In this document: positions 19,711-29,754 of the stretch, in pieces | Layout of the letters: each line of letters begins with the position of its first letter | Position numbering within the stretch: the first letter of the stretch is position 1 | Source: Spirochaetia bacterium | GTDB taxonomy: Bacteria > Spirochaetota > Spirochaetia > CADAEX01 | DNA: 64,000 bases | NCBI GenBank assembly: GCA_963662795.1 | Contig: OY759746.1 | Location: 1,056,001 to 1,120,000, forward strand | Direction: 5' to 3' | Translations under genes and position numbers: made by a program | Notes under the pieces: generated by a model | Told to the model about the DNA's origin: nothing | What the model saw: only the letters and a program-made list of their open reading frames with translations | The model's database searches: none

Positions 19711-20265
19711 TTACCATCTGAAGTTGGCTACAGGCGGATAGGCTTTCCTGACAGACAGAGTAAGAACAAGTCCGCCTGTTACTCCGGCAATATTCTGAAT
19801 AATGTTGCCGGGCACTTCAATAAGCGCAGCTCCCGGGCCGACCATGAATACACCTGCAAGAAAATATCCTGAAGCCATAATTAATGTTCCTGTCAGAAAA
19901 CAGATTATACCTGTAATGAAAATACCGGCGGTTTTATTTTTCTCTCTGGAAAGAATCAGGTTATACACAATGCCCAGGAGAAAACCCTGAAGCCCGTGAA
20001 CAAAGAAGGAAATCGGGGCCCACTGACCGTAACCGCCGAGTATATCGGCAAAAGCAGTCCCTATGCCGCCTGCAAGAAACGCGGAAACAGGGCCGAATAC
20101 AAATGCCGCGAAATAGATTGCGACATCGCCCAGATTGATATAGCCGCGGGTCGGGGCTATCGGGATTCTTACGGCAACAGTAAAAATTGTTACAATTGCT
20201 GATAATACTGCTATTGCGGCTATTCTGAACGCTGCCGTATCTGTAAATTTATTCGAGTCTGACAT
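19711..20265 (-). CDS. ECF transporter S component
   Basis: RIPIAPTRGYINLGD, GIGTAFADILGGY; about 6 TM segments. Confidence 0.88.
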   Translation of the reverse strand: MSDSNKFTDTAAFRIAAIAVLSAIVTIFTVAVRIPIAPTRGYINLGDVAIYFAAFVFGPVSAFLAGGIGTAFADILGGYGQWAPISFFVHGLQGFLLGIVYNLILSREKNKTAGIFITGIICFLTGTLIMASGYFLAGVFMVGPGAALIEVPGNIIQNIAGVTGGLVLTLSVRKAYPPVANFRW

Positions 20266-20276
20266 TCCCTGTCTCC

Positions 20277-21053
20277 TTATAAAAAACTGTAGATAACAAT
20301 AATCAATATAAACGTAAATGACAATATTAGTTCCTTCCGTAATTCCTTAAGGCTTTTCATTTTCCTTATCTGTCCGGGTAAATTGTTCCTTCCGACACCG
20401 CGGGTTTCAAGCGCCATTGCAAGAGCCGGGATACTTTTAACAGCCTGGATCATAACAGAAGTAAGAACAGACAGAAGTTTTCTGAAACGGGAGGGAAAAT
20501 TCCACTTCGAAATATATGGGGAGTCTGCCGTGAGTCTCATTTTATGGGCATCAAGTGTCCCTTCATAAATTGACGAAATATAGGGGATATATCTGACAGT
20601 GAGCGATATCATAAGCGACAATCTGTATGAAAGTCCGAAGAATCTTAAGGCAAGGATAAAATCCTCAATTTTTGTCGTTCTCAGAAAGAGATAAAAAAGA
20701 AGAGTAAGACCGAGAAACCTTCCTGCAAGATGAAAAGACTCATAAAGGCCGGCACTGGTCAATAATGAACGGCCATTAATTGCAAGGTAAACTGTTCCCC
20801 CTGAATTGAACGGAGGAGTAAGAAGCATTATTAAAATAATAAGGGGAGCGATAATTTTTACAGGTTTTAAAATATCCCTGAACCCGGCAGAATAGATACC
20901 TGACGCAAAAATAAACAATAAAATACAATAATATTTGAATACAGGAAGAGGTACAAAAAAAAGGGCTGATAAAAAAAGGAGAAAAAAGAGTTTAATCCTC
21001 GGATCAAGCCTGTGCAGTACAGAGTTTCCCTTCAGGTATGTTTCGGTAAACAT
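20277..21053 (-). CDS. ecfT: ECF transporter T component
   Basis: LHRLDPRIK, two Arg coupling motifs (KMR, ETRG). Confidence 0.88.
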   Translation of the reverse strand: MFTETYLKGNSVLHRLDPRIKLFFLLFLSALFFVPLPVFKYYCILLFIFASGIYSAGFRDILKPVKIIAPLIILIMLLTPPFNSGGTVYLAINGRSLLTSAGLYESFHLAGRFLGLTLLFYLFLRTTKIEDFILALRFFGLSYRLSLMISLTVRYIPYISSIYEGTLDAHKMRLTADSPYISKWNFPSRFRKLLSVLTSVMIQAVKSIPALAMALETRGVGRNNLPGQIRKMKSLKELRKELILSFTFILIIVIYSFL

Positions 21054-22561
21054 CAGAGGACCTCTGCCATTGAGATATCAAGCAGGTTTTTGAATCTTTC
21101 ATCAGAGCCGGCGCTTAAAAGACAGCCTCCCTCCATAATGAGGACCCTGTCCGCAAGACCGGCAGAGAGCCTCATATCGTGAGAGATGATCATGACAGCA
21201 GGCGGGGGATCAAGATTTCTAAGACTTTTTAATATCAGGGTATAATCATTGAAAGAAAGCCCTGAATCTGCCTCATCAATTATTAAAATCTTTTTGTTCA
21301 GTAAAAAATAGATCGCAGCCTGAAGCCTCTTCCTGGCTCCGTAGCTCATTATCGCAGGCGGGGCATCAATACTTTCGAGACGGAAAAGCGTTACAGCCTG
21401 CTCTATCATCTTTTTCTGCGCTTCTTTATCAATTTTGCCGGGTTTAAGACCGAATGCAAGTTCTTCCCCCACAGTCGGGAGGAAAAGCTGAAAATCGGGA
21501 TTCTGAAAAAGGTAGGCTGTATTTCTGTTAAGTTCATCCGGAGAAGAGGAGGCCATCTGCCCTTTATTCTCAAGCGAAACACTTCCGCTCTCAGGAATCA
21601 ACAGACCGCTTATAATCTTTGCAAGAGTTGATTTGCCTGAGCCGTTCCTGCCGAGAAGCACTGTAACTTCTCCGCTCTTTAAATAAAAATCATCAATATT
21701 GAGAGAAAATTCCGAATCCGGATATCTGAATTTAATTCCTGAAGCTTTTACCAGAACAGGCGAGTCAGCTGAATCTTTGTCAGCAGGGAGTCTTTTTATG
21801 TTCGCCTTAAGTTTATTGCTGTCAAGATATACACCGCATTTAAGGGCTTTTTCCATAAATACACGGTCCGGCTTTATTTTTTCATCCAGAAGGGAGCCAG
21901 CGTCATAGAGAAAAAAACTGCCGCAGTATTTTCTGTAGATATCAAGCATTTTGGAAGTCAGGATAAGGACTGTTTTTTTCTCATTTTTAAGGAATTCGAG
22001 GAGGGAAATTCTCCCCTCCGGATCGATTTCTTCAAAGGTTTCATCAAGTATCCAGAGCTCCGGGTCAGATGCCGCAAGACACGCAAAAAGAAGCTTTCTC
22101 TTCTCTCCCCCTGAAAGATAAGCGGGATTCATCCCTCTTAAATGACCAATTTGTATTTTTGAAATTGCAAGATCAGTCTTGTTTTTTATTATATTATAAT
22201 CATGACCGGAAGATTCCAGCGAAAACCCGATTTCACTTTCAACCTGAGGCGTTAAAATCTGTTCTTCCGGATTCTGAAAAACAATTCCTGCCCTGCTTAG
22301 CAGGTTATACGGTTTTTCTTTTTTTATATCTGTATCTCCGATGGAAATTTCTCCATCAAGAATGCCGCCTGTATACCTCGGGACAAGAGCAGTTATTATT
22401 CTTGAGAGCGTAGTTTTACCTGATTCAGGAGGAGCAAGAAATACCGCAATCTCCCCCCTGTCAACAGAAAGAGATAAATCCTTAAAAATATATCTTTTTT
22501 TTATCCCCCTGTATTCCGGATAGATAAATGAAAGATTTCTGATTTCAAGAAAAGCTGCCAT
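21053..22561 (-). CDS. ECF transporter double ATPase (fused A-A')
   Basis: Two NBDs, each with FQNP; LSGGEKR in the first, GRNGSGKST in the second. Confidence 0.88.
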   Translation of the reverse strand: MAAFLEIRNLSFIYPEYRGIKKRYIFKDLSLSVDRGEIAVFLAPPESGKTTLSRIITALVPRYTGGILDGEISIGDTDIKKEKPYNLLSRAGIVFQNPEEQILTPQVESEIGFSLESSGHDYNIIKNKTDLAISKIQIGHLRGMNPAYLSGGEKRKLLFACLAASDPELWILDETFEEIDPEGRISLLEFLKNEKKTVLILTSKMLDIYRKYCGSFFLYDAGSLLDEKIKPDRVFMEKALKCGVYLDSNKLKANIKRLPADKDSADSPVLVKASGIKFRYPDSEFSLNIDDFYLKSGEVTVLLGRNGSGKSTLAKIISGLLIPESGSVSLENKGQMASSSPDELNRNTAYLFQNPDFQLFLPTVGEELAFGLKPGKIDKEAQKKMIEQAVTLFRLESIDAPPAIMSYGARKRLQAAIYFLLNKKILIIDEADSGLSFNDYTLILKSLRNLDPPPAVMIISHDMRLSAGLADRVLIMEGGCLLSAGSDERFKNLLDISMAEVL

Positions 22562-22620
22562 GAAGAAATAGTAGCAGATTAAAGGGTTTGTGTCTTTATA
22601 CTGAGGAAAAACAGATGATG

Positions 22621-22656
22621 ACGCAGAGGGGGGGCCTTAAGCACCCCGCCCCGCGT
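22621..22656 (-). terminator. GC-rich hairpin downstream of fabF
   Basis: Minus strand ACGCGGGGCGGGG...CCCCCCTCTGCGT with G-U pairs; U tract delayed by about 9 nt. Confidence 0.45.
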
Positions 22657-22686
22657 GTAATACATAAAAACGGGTTTGCCGTTTTT

Positions 22687-23928
22687 TTACATCTTTGTAA
22701 AAAGGACAACAGCATTGTGCCCGCCGAAACCAAGTGAATTGGATATAGCTGCGTCAATTTTTCCGCTTTCCCCCTTATTGGGAACATAATCGAGATCACA
22801 GTCAGGATCAGGGTTCTCATAATTGATTGTCGGGGGAAAATACTGGTCCCTTATCGCAAGAATGGTTGCGACAGCCTCTATCCCGCCTGCAGCTCCTATA
22901 CAGTGGCCGGTCATGGATTTTGTTGAGGAGACTTTAAGGCCTGAATATGCGTGTTCACCAAAAACTTTTCTTATCGCAAGAGATTCAGTTTTGTCATTAA
23001 GCGGTGTCGAAGTTCCGTGAGCATTGACATAGTCTATATCGACAGGATTAAGCCCTGCGGCATTGATAGCCATATTCATAGCCTGTATTGCGCCCCTCCC
23101 CTCCGGATGGGGTGCTGTAATATGATTCGCATCGCATGAGATACCGTAGCCTGAAAGTTCGCAGTATATTCTTGCGCCCCTTCTCACGGCATGTTCGTAT
23201 TCTTCAAGTACAAGAATACCGGCCCCTTCGCCCATTACAAATCCGTCCCTTTCCCTGTCGAACGGCCTGCTAGCCCTTTCAGGCGTATCGCAGTATCTGC
23301 TGCTCAGTGCCTGTATCACGCAGAAGCCGGCAAGTCCGAGTTTCGTAATCGATGCTTCAACACCGCCGGCAACCATCACGTCCGCGGTACCGTTCTGTAT
23401 CCACATTGCAGCGTTTCCAATCGCATCTGTGCCTGATGCGCACGCTGTTACAATAGAGTAACACGGCCCCTGGGCATTAAGAAGGATTCCGACATTACCG
23501 GGAGCAATATTTGTAATCAGCTTGGGTATTGTAAGGACAGGGATTCTCCTGGGCCCTTTTGTAAGAAGCTTTTCATACCCTTCTTCTACAGATTCAAACC
23601 CGCCTATGCCGTTTCCAATCACTATGCCTAGCTTTTGGGGGTCAACTGTTCCCTCTTTTATGGCAGCATCTGTCATCGCCTCTTTTGTCGCGGCAAGAGC
23701 GTAAAGGGTAAACCTGTCAAGCTTTTTTGCCTCTCTCGGTTCCGCAACTGATGAGACATCAAAATCCTTTACTTCACCCGCTATTGATACAGGATATTCA
23801 TCAGTATTAAACCTTGTGATCTTTCCAATCCCTGATTTACCCTCTTTTATTGACTGCCAGAAAGATGCGGTATCATTACCTATCGGGGATATTGTACCAA
23901 GCCCTGTAACAACTACTCTTCTTTTCAT
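22687..23928 (-). CDS. fabF: 3-oxoacyl-ACP synthase II
   Basis: RRVVVTGLG, TACASG, NAHGTST, KSMTGH, SNSLGFGGHN. Confidence 0.96.
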   Translation of the reverse strand: MKRRVVVTGLGTISPIGNDTASFWQSIKEGKSGIGKITRFNTDEYPVSIAGEVKDFDVSSVAEPREAKKLDRFTLYALAATKEAMTDAAIKEGTVDPQKLGIVIGNGIGGFESVEEGYEKLLTKGPRRIPVLTIPKLITNIAPGNVGILLNAQGPCYSIVTACASGTDAIGNAAMWIQNGTADVMVAGGVEASITKLGLAGFCVIQALSSRYCDTPERASRPFDRERDGFVMGEGAGILVLEEYEHAVRRGARIYCELSGYGISCDANHITAPHPEGRGAIQAMNMAINAAGLNPVDIDYVNAHGTSTPLNDKTESLAIRKVFGEHAYSGLKVSSTKSMTGHCIGAAGGIEAVATILAIRDQYFPPTINYENPDPDCDLDYVPNKGESGKIDAAISNSLGFGGHNAVVLFTKM

Positions 23929-23939
23929 TATATATTCAC

Positions 23940-24683
23940 CTACATTCCCATTCCGCCGTCAATATTTATGACCTGGCCTGTTACATAAGATGAAAGTTCA
24001 GATGCGAGGAAAAGAACGACAGAGGCAACTTCCGAGGGAAGTCCAAGCCTTGCAAGAGGAATTTTGTCATAAAGCGCTTTAATCTGATTCTCGTTAAGCT
24101 TGTCTGTCATCGGGGTTTTAATGAAACCGGGGGCAACTGCGTTAACCCTTACTCCGCGGGATGAAACCTCACGCGCAAGGCTTTTTGTAAAACCTATAAG
24201 GCCTGCCTTTGAAGCTGAATAGTTGCACTGGCCGGCATTCCCTATTACTCCTACAATTGAGGCAATATTTATAATTGCACCGCCCCTCTGCTTTATCATT
24301 GCTTTTGAGATTACCCTGCTGATATAAAAAGCGCTTGTGAGATTTATTTTCAATACATCATCCCAGTCCTTTGAAGACATTCTGAAAATCAGTCCGTCTC
24401 TTGTTATTCCCGCATTGTTTACAAGGATATCGATTCCGCCGCTTTCCGTGAGAATTTTCTCGCAGACAGCAGTCACTTCATCTTCATCGGCAACATTTGC
24501 CTTGCTGAAATAAACCTCAGCTCCGTTTGCTTTGGCAAGCGCTTTATATTCTTCCATAAATTCGCTTTCATTCAAATCGAGAAAATATACCGATGCACCA
24601 TTGCCAAGGAACGATAAAACTATTTCCCGTCCTATACCTCGTGATCCGCCTGTAATGAGCGCTTTTTTTCCTTTGATTAACAT
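23940..24683 (-). CDS. fabG: 3-oxoacyl-ACP reductase
   Basis: TGGSRGIG, NNAGITRD, NYSASKAG, IDGGM. Confidence 0.95.
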   Translation of the reverse strand: MLIKGKKALITGGSRGIGREIVLSFLGNGASVYFLDLNESEFMEEYKALAKANGAEVYFSKANVADEDEVTAVCEKILTESGGIDILVNNAGITRDGLIFRMSSKDWDDVLKINLTSAFYISRVISKAMIKQRGGAIINIASIVGVIGNAGQCNYSASKAGLIGFTKSLAREVSSRGVRVNAVAPGFIKTPMTDKLNENQIKALYDKIPLARLGLPSEVASVVLFLASELSSYVTGQVINIDGGMGM

Positions 24684-24703
24684 GTAAAACCTCCTGTTCC
24701 GGT

Positions 24704-25630
24704 TTAAATTTTTAATATTTCATCTATTTTTCCTGCAGGAAGGCAAATAGCATCCCCGCCTGCAGCTTTCCAGAGTCCGGCAAGTACTGTTCCCGGCCCT
24801 GATTCAATACACATTTCAACTTTTTCATTTAAAAGTTCTTTTTCTTCATTTACCCAGAGTACCGCAGAGGTGAGCTGTCTTGAACAAAGTATTTTGGCTT
24901 CTTCTCCGGATGTTACCAGTTTGCCTGTAACATTGGAATACACCTTTTTGACAGGGTCGCTGAAATTGTATTTTTCAAGAACACCCGCATATTCTGTTTC
25001 AGCGTCCTTCATAAGCGGGCAGTGGAACGGCCCTGAAACCTTCAGCCTTATAAATCTTCTTGCCCCGGCTTCCTTTAACATCACTTCTGATGAGGAGAGG
25101 GCGCTGTCAGTACCTGATATCACAATCTGGGAAGGACTGTTGTAATTTGCTATAAAAACTTCATTAAGGCCTGAATTTTCTAAAACACTGTCCACAGTAT
25201 CATAATCAAGTCCGATAACAGCAGCCATTCCGGGAGACCCTGCAGGTGAATCCATAGACCTGCTTACTTTTTCCATAATGCTGCCCCGTTCCCTTACAAT
25301 TCCAAATACCGATTCAGTATTTATGATACCGGCATCCCAGAATGCGGATACCTCGCCAAGGCTGAACCCCGCACATATATCGCTTTCTATACCGCGTTCC
25401 TTTAGAAGCATTGAAGAGGCAATATTTACAAGTGTTACAGCTGTCTGTGTTTTGTCTGTTGGTTTTAATTCTTCTTCAGATCCATGGAACAGCAGTTTCT
25501 GCAGGTCAAGTCCCGCACTTTCGGACGCTGTCCTGAACAGATCCTTGATTTTATCGCTGTAGTCCCAAAGGTCTTTACCCATCCCTGGATATTGAGCTCC
25601 CTGGCCCGGGTACAAAAAACACTTCTTCAT
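24704..25630 (-). CDS. fabD: Malonyl-CoA:ACP transacylase
   Basis: PGQGAQ, GFSLGE, VSGPFH. Confidence 0.93.
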   Translation of the reverse strand: MKKCFLYPGQGAQYPGMGKDLWDYSDKIKDLFRTASESAGLDLQKLLFHGSEEELKPTDKTQTAVTLVNIASSMLLKERGIESDICAGFSLGEVSAFWDAGIINTESVFGIVRERGSIMEKVSRSMDSPAGSPGMAAVIGLDYDTVDSVLENSGLNEVFIANYNSPSQIVISGTDSALSSSEVMLKEAGARRFIRLKVSGPFHCPLMKDAETEYAGVLEKYNFSDPVKKVYSNVTGKLVTSGEEAKILCSRQLTSAVLWVNEEKELLNEKVEMCIESGPGTVLAGLWKAAGGDAICLPAGKIDEILKI

Positions 25631-25732
25631 TTTTCCTCCTGAAAAGCATCAGTCAACATGAAAATAAACGGCGGAAAGTTAGCACATGAGTTAAAATAAA
25701 GTCAATAACAAAAAAGTATATTTCAGGAAAAT

Positions 25733-27940
25733 TCAGACCTCATCGGTAAGTTCTTCAGGTTCATCATCGCTGAGCTCTTCCGGTTCTTTCGGGGTTAGTT
25801 CGTCTGTCAGCTCAGGAATGTCCGTATCCGCGTCCGCATCTTCAAGTTCCTCAAGATTCTCATCGGGACTGTTTGATTCAGGTGATTTAAGAGGTTCCTC
25901 AGCAGCTGGTATCTCATCCGGCTCCTCAGATTCAGGTTCTTCAAGGGTTTCACCGGGCGGCATTTCCTCTTCAAACTCATCAGGAGGTACAGTCCCCTCC
26001 TGGTCAGGTTCTTCAAACTCTTCGAGCTCTTCGAGCTCCTCATAAACATCAGGTTCAGACTCTTCAACCGCCTCCGGATCCTCAGATTCAAGCTCTTCGA
26101 GCTCCTCATAAGCACCCTCCGCCGTTGCGGGATCCCCGGCTTCCGGTAATACCGGATAATCCTCAGGCAGTTCTTCCGCAGACAATTCAGGAATATTTCC
26201 TGAAACATCTTCGGAAAGTTCTTCAACATTTTCCCATTCAAGACTGCCCGTGCTTGCTCCGTATTCGACAAGGGCGGCTCTGATTGTCAGAAAAAAGGTA
26301 GGATAAATCATGTCGTAGAAATATGTTCTGTAATAAATCGCCAGTTTTTTCTTTCTGAAATATGAAATAACAGAACCGGCAATATCTTCCGAATCAGTTG
26401 AACCCTCTGAAGGGACAGCCGAATTTTCCCTGGTATAATTTGCTGTTTTTGTATGAATATGCCCGGGCATTGAATTTACCCTGTCCTGATACATCCCCAG
26501 CTTGCAGAACATTTCATAAAGAGTATAGGTTATTTTAATGAATTTTTTGACCAGCTCTGTGTCATTATCCAGTTTTTCCAGAAACAGCCTGTATTTGGCA
26601 GGATACATTATTTTGAGAATCTCTTCCTTCCTGAGATTTACCCCTTTCTGAATAAATACAGACTCAATGGCATTGATGACAAATTTATTTCCCCTGTAAT
26701 ATTCAAGAAGTTCAACAATTTTATCAAATCCCGCCTCCCCTTTATTAAGGAGGAGCCTTACCTGGTCAGAAAGAGCTTCAGGCAGGGAAGGATTTACCTG
26801 TACGCTGTAGCTTTCAAAAACTGCATTTTTTTTATCTTTAAGAAGTACTTTTTTGTACTGAAAGAGTTCATCAATTGTAATATCCTTGAAGTAACCCATT
26901 TTAGTCTGGGCTTCCCGTTTAAATTGATTAAAATAATCTTCAACAACTCCGACTTCAGTAAGCGCGTCAAAGAATTTTTTTGAGATCCGCAAGCCCCCGA
27001 TAGGAGCAGTAGACTCCATCCGCTTTGCTTCAATAACAGGCATGCCTATTACGTCCCATTGTTTTGCGCCGGCAGGACCGAAATTGCCTATAGTTACATC
27101 ACCTACATTTGCACCGATCCTGATCCTTATCTGAAAAAGGGCATTTATGGAATAGGCGAATTCGCTTCCCGATCTAAGGTTGCTTATTATATCAAAGGCT
27201 TTTCTGACAGCTGTTATAGTTTCAGGATCCACTGTTTCATCGAAAAAAGATTCATCAGCCTGATTAAACAGAAAACAGATTCTCTGAAGCTCCACACATG
27301 TGTAAAAAAGTTCATGGGCTATATGCCTTACAGCATCTTCTTCCTTCATATGGCGTACAACAGGATCTGTAAGACCTCCGAAATGAAACATTATGCTGTC
27401 GCCTTCAATTTTATTTAAATAGCCGGACCTCTTAATCAATACCCAGTTAAATGCTGAAAAAAGACCGTTAAGAACAGTCTGATTTTCCATGGGGCTTAAA
27501 AACTTGGAAAGATATGAGTAATCAGCAAGATCGACAAATGCTATTCCGATTTTTGTTTCAATTGAATTTTCAGGAATCTGGCCAAGCTCTATAATGGCAT
27601 CTATAAGCTGCCTGGGAAGATAGAATTCCTCGATTTCTCTTCTGAATTTTATCTCCTTGGATGCTTTTGCGAGAGCTTCTTCAAGCGCGTCGCTGCCTTT
27701 ACCGGCATCAGCTAAATTTTCCCTTGCTTCCCTGATTGAACTTTCAAGGATGCCTCCTGCCTTTTCAATATTTTCCTTTATTATTTCACGTATTTTTTCT
27801 ATATATGTATCTTCTGTTTCAGGGGATGTGTTATTATGCAGAAGTTCTTCAAGATAATTAACTATATAAGCCGGTTTTAAAGCATATTTTTCAGTAATAT
27901 AGAGAGCATGTGCATATATTGATTTCGAGTCAAATACCAT
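25733..27940 (-). CDS. Soluble class III adenylate cyclase with long acidic C-terminal tail
   Basis: FVDLADYS, NKIEGDSIM, IRIG...GNFG, WDVIG...AKRMES; last ~170 aa are E/D/P-rich. Confidence 0.82.
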   Translation of the reverse strand: MVFDSKSIYAHALYITEKYALKPAYIVNYLEELLHNNTSPETEDTYIEKIREIIKENIEKAGGILESSIREARENLADAGKGSDALEEALAKASKEIKFRREIEEFYLPRQLIDAIIELGQIPENSIETKIGIAFVDLADYSYLSKFLSPMENQTVLNGLFSAFNWVLIKRSGYLNKIEGDSIMFHFGGLTDPVVRHMKEEDAVRHIAHELFYTCVELQRICFLFNQADESFFDETVDPETITAVRKAFDIISNLRSGSEFAYSINALFQIRIRIGANVGDVTIGNFGPAGAKQWDVIGMPVIEAKRMESTAPIGGLRISKKFFDALTEVGVVEDYFNQFKREAQTKMGYFKDITIDELFQYKKVLLKDKKNAVFESYSVQVNPSLPEALSDQVRLLLNKGEAGFDKIVELLEYYRGNKFVINAIESVFIQKGVNLRKEEILKIMYPAKYRLFLEKLDNDTELVKKFIKITYTLYEMFCKLGMYQDRVNSMPGHIHTKTANYTRENSAVPSEGSTDSEDIAGSVISYFRKKKLAIYYRTYFYDMIYPTFFLTIRAALVEYGASTGSLEWENVEELSEDVSGNIPELSAEELPEDYPVLPEAGDPATAEGAYEELEELESEDPEAVEESEPDVYEELEELEEFEEPDQEGTVPPDEFEEEMPPGETLEEPESEEPDEIPAAEEPLKSPESNSPDENLEELEDADADTDIPELTDELTPKEPEELSDDEPEELTDEV
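26025..26111. repeat. 21-bp direct repeat encoding YEELEEL within the cyclase tail
   Basis: AGCTCTTCGAGCTCCTCATAA at 26025-26045 and 26091-26111. Confidence 0.8.
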
Positions 27941-27943
27941 AAC

Positions 27944-28735
27944 TTATACTTTATCCCTTTTAATTATATTATATATCGGCAGACAGTATGTTAAAAATTT
28001 ACCTTCAATTTCAAGCTTTGTCACTTTTACATTGGCAGAATAGAATTTTTTAATGTTTTCACCAGTAATTATTTCCTCAGTAGCGCCGCACCGGGATATC
28101 CCCCCCCTTCCAAGGAAAATTGACCTGTCGGAAACAGCAAGGGCGTGGGACGGATCGTGAGTTGAAAAAATAATTGTAGACCCTGATTTCAGGGAGAGCT
28201 CCGAGAGCAGTTCAAGCATCCGTTCCTGATTTTTTATATCAAGATCGCTTGTCGGTTCATCAAGAAGAAGTACTTCCGCCCCTGAGGCAAGTGCCCTTGC
28301 AATCAGTGTCAGCTGTTTTTCCCCCCCGCTGATTTCGGAAAACCTCCGCTGTGAAAGTTCCTCAATTCCCGCCTTTTTAAGAGCTTCATACGCTTTTTCC
28401 CTGTCAAGCTCTCCCGGAGAAGAAAAAAGGCCCAGATGCCCGGCCCTTCCAAGAAGAACCATGTTGTAAACTGTGTAATTTACTCCTGTTGAAAAAATCT
28501 GGGGAACATATGAGACTTCCTTCCCGATTTCAAACTTTCCTGAGTATTTTTTCAGCAGCCCTGCAAGTATTTTGAGGAGCGTAGTCTTGCCGACACCATT
28601 TGGTCCAAGTACGGCAAGAATTTCCCCCTGCAGGAGGGAAAGGGAGAGATCTGATATCAGCTTACCTGAACCGTATGAAAAGGAGAGATTATTTACGGTG
28701 ATTATTGCCGGTCCTTTTTTTGACATATCAGACAA
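27944..28735 (-). CDS. Iron-chelate/cobalamin-family ABC ATP-binding protein (FepC/BtuD-like)
   Basis: GPNGVGKTT, ISGGEKQ, LLDEPT, STHDP. Confidence 0.92.
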   Translation of the reverse strand: MSDMSKKGPAIITVNNLSFSYGSGKLISDLSLSLLQGEILAVLGPNGVGKTTLLKILAGLLKKYSGKFEIGKEVSYVPQIFSTGVNYTVYNMVLLGRAGHLGLFSSPGELDREKAYEALKKAGIEELSQRRFSEISGGEKQLTLIARALASGAEVLLLDEPTSDLDIKNQERMLELLSELSLKSGSTIIFSTHDPSHALAVSDRSIFLGRGGISRCGATEEIITGENIKKFYSANVKVTKLEIEGKFLTYCLPIYNIIKRDKV

Positions 28736-29735
28736 CCCAGCTCCCCTTTGATTTTACAAGAAGATAAATAAATACGGGTGTACCGATAAATGCAGTTATT
28801 ACTCCAAGCGGGATTTCAACCGGAGCAATAATTCTGGCTGAAATATCTATCAGCATAAAAAGGATCGCGCCGGCAATTGCGGAAGCAGGAAGCAGCTTCT
28901 CATGGTCAGAACCGACAACCATTCTTGCCATGTGCGGAACAATGAGCCCCACCCAGCCTACTATTCCTCCAACAGAAACGACAGCAGAGACGGCAAGTGT
29001 TGAAAAGAAAAGGATAAAGACAAGGCTTTCACCGGTTTTTACTCCAAGGGATTTTGCAGCATCCATTCCAAGAGAAAGGGCATTAATCCGCCATCTTGCA
29101 GCTATCAAAAGAAGAGAGCTTATAATTATAAGAGGCATCGTAAAGTAAAAATGCTCTTTGCCTGTCTGGGAGAGGGACCCCATAAGCCAGTAAACAATCG
29201 AAGGAAGCTGATCCTCGGAATCAGCAATTATTTTAAGAAATGATATTCCTGCCTGAAAAAACATATTTACCACTACCCCGGCCAGGATAAAAACAAGTAT
29301 GGCGTTTCCCCCTGTTTTACCTGTTATGGATAAAGTCATGAGAAGAGCGGCAAAACCGAAAATAAACGCAAAAAGCTGCGCGCCGATACCCCAGCCGAAA
29401 AGCAATATACCCAGGGCTGCCCCGAATCCGGCGCCTGATGTAACGCCTATTACGCCGGGGCTTACAAGAGGGTTTCTGAATATCCCCTGGTAAACTGCGC
29501 CGCAGACGGAAAGGCCCATCCCCGATACAGCTGCCATGGCTACCCGCGGCAGCCGGAGGTTAAGAACCACTGATTCCTCCACAGGAAGCCAGTTTTTATC
29601 AAATCCGAATAAAGGCTGAAAAAGTATTTCCAGAACCCTGAAAAAGGGTATATGGTATCTTCCCGCCGAGAGGCCTATAAGAAAAACTGCAGCCGCCGCG
29701 GGAACAAGAAAGAAGTATATCTTTTTCAGGGGCAT
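28728..29735 (-). CDS. FecCD/BtuC-family permease
   Basis: LRLPR, QGIFRNPLVSP, GWVGLIVPH, EIPLGVIT. Confidence 0.94.
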   Translation of the reverse strand: MPLKKIYFFLVPAAAAVFLIGLSAGRYHIPFFRVLEILFQPLFGFDKNWLPVEESVVLNLRLPRVAMAAVSGMGLSVCGAVYQGIFRNPLVSPGVIGVTSGAGFGAALGILLFGWGIGAQLFAFIFGFAALLMTLSITGKTGGNAILVFILAGVVVNMFFQAGISFLKIIADSEDQLPSIVYWLMGSLSQTGKEHFYFTMPLIIISSLLLIAARWRINALSLGMDAAKSLGVKTGESLVFILFFSTLAVSAVVSVGGIVGWVGLIVPHMARMVVGSDHEKLLPASAIAGAILFMLIDISARIIAPVEIPLGVITAFIGTPVFIYLLVKSKGSWVV

Positions 29736-29754
29736 ATGCCGGTCCCGGTTCTCA

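Noticed and set aside
25807-26271. Alternative-frame ORFs and repeats in the cyclase tail as a separate gene or array
   Set aside because: By-products of Glu-rich low-complexity coding; only two exact repeat copies
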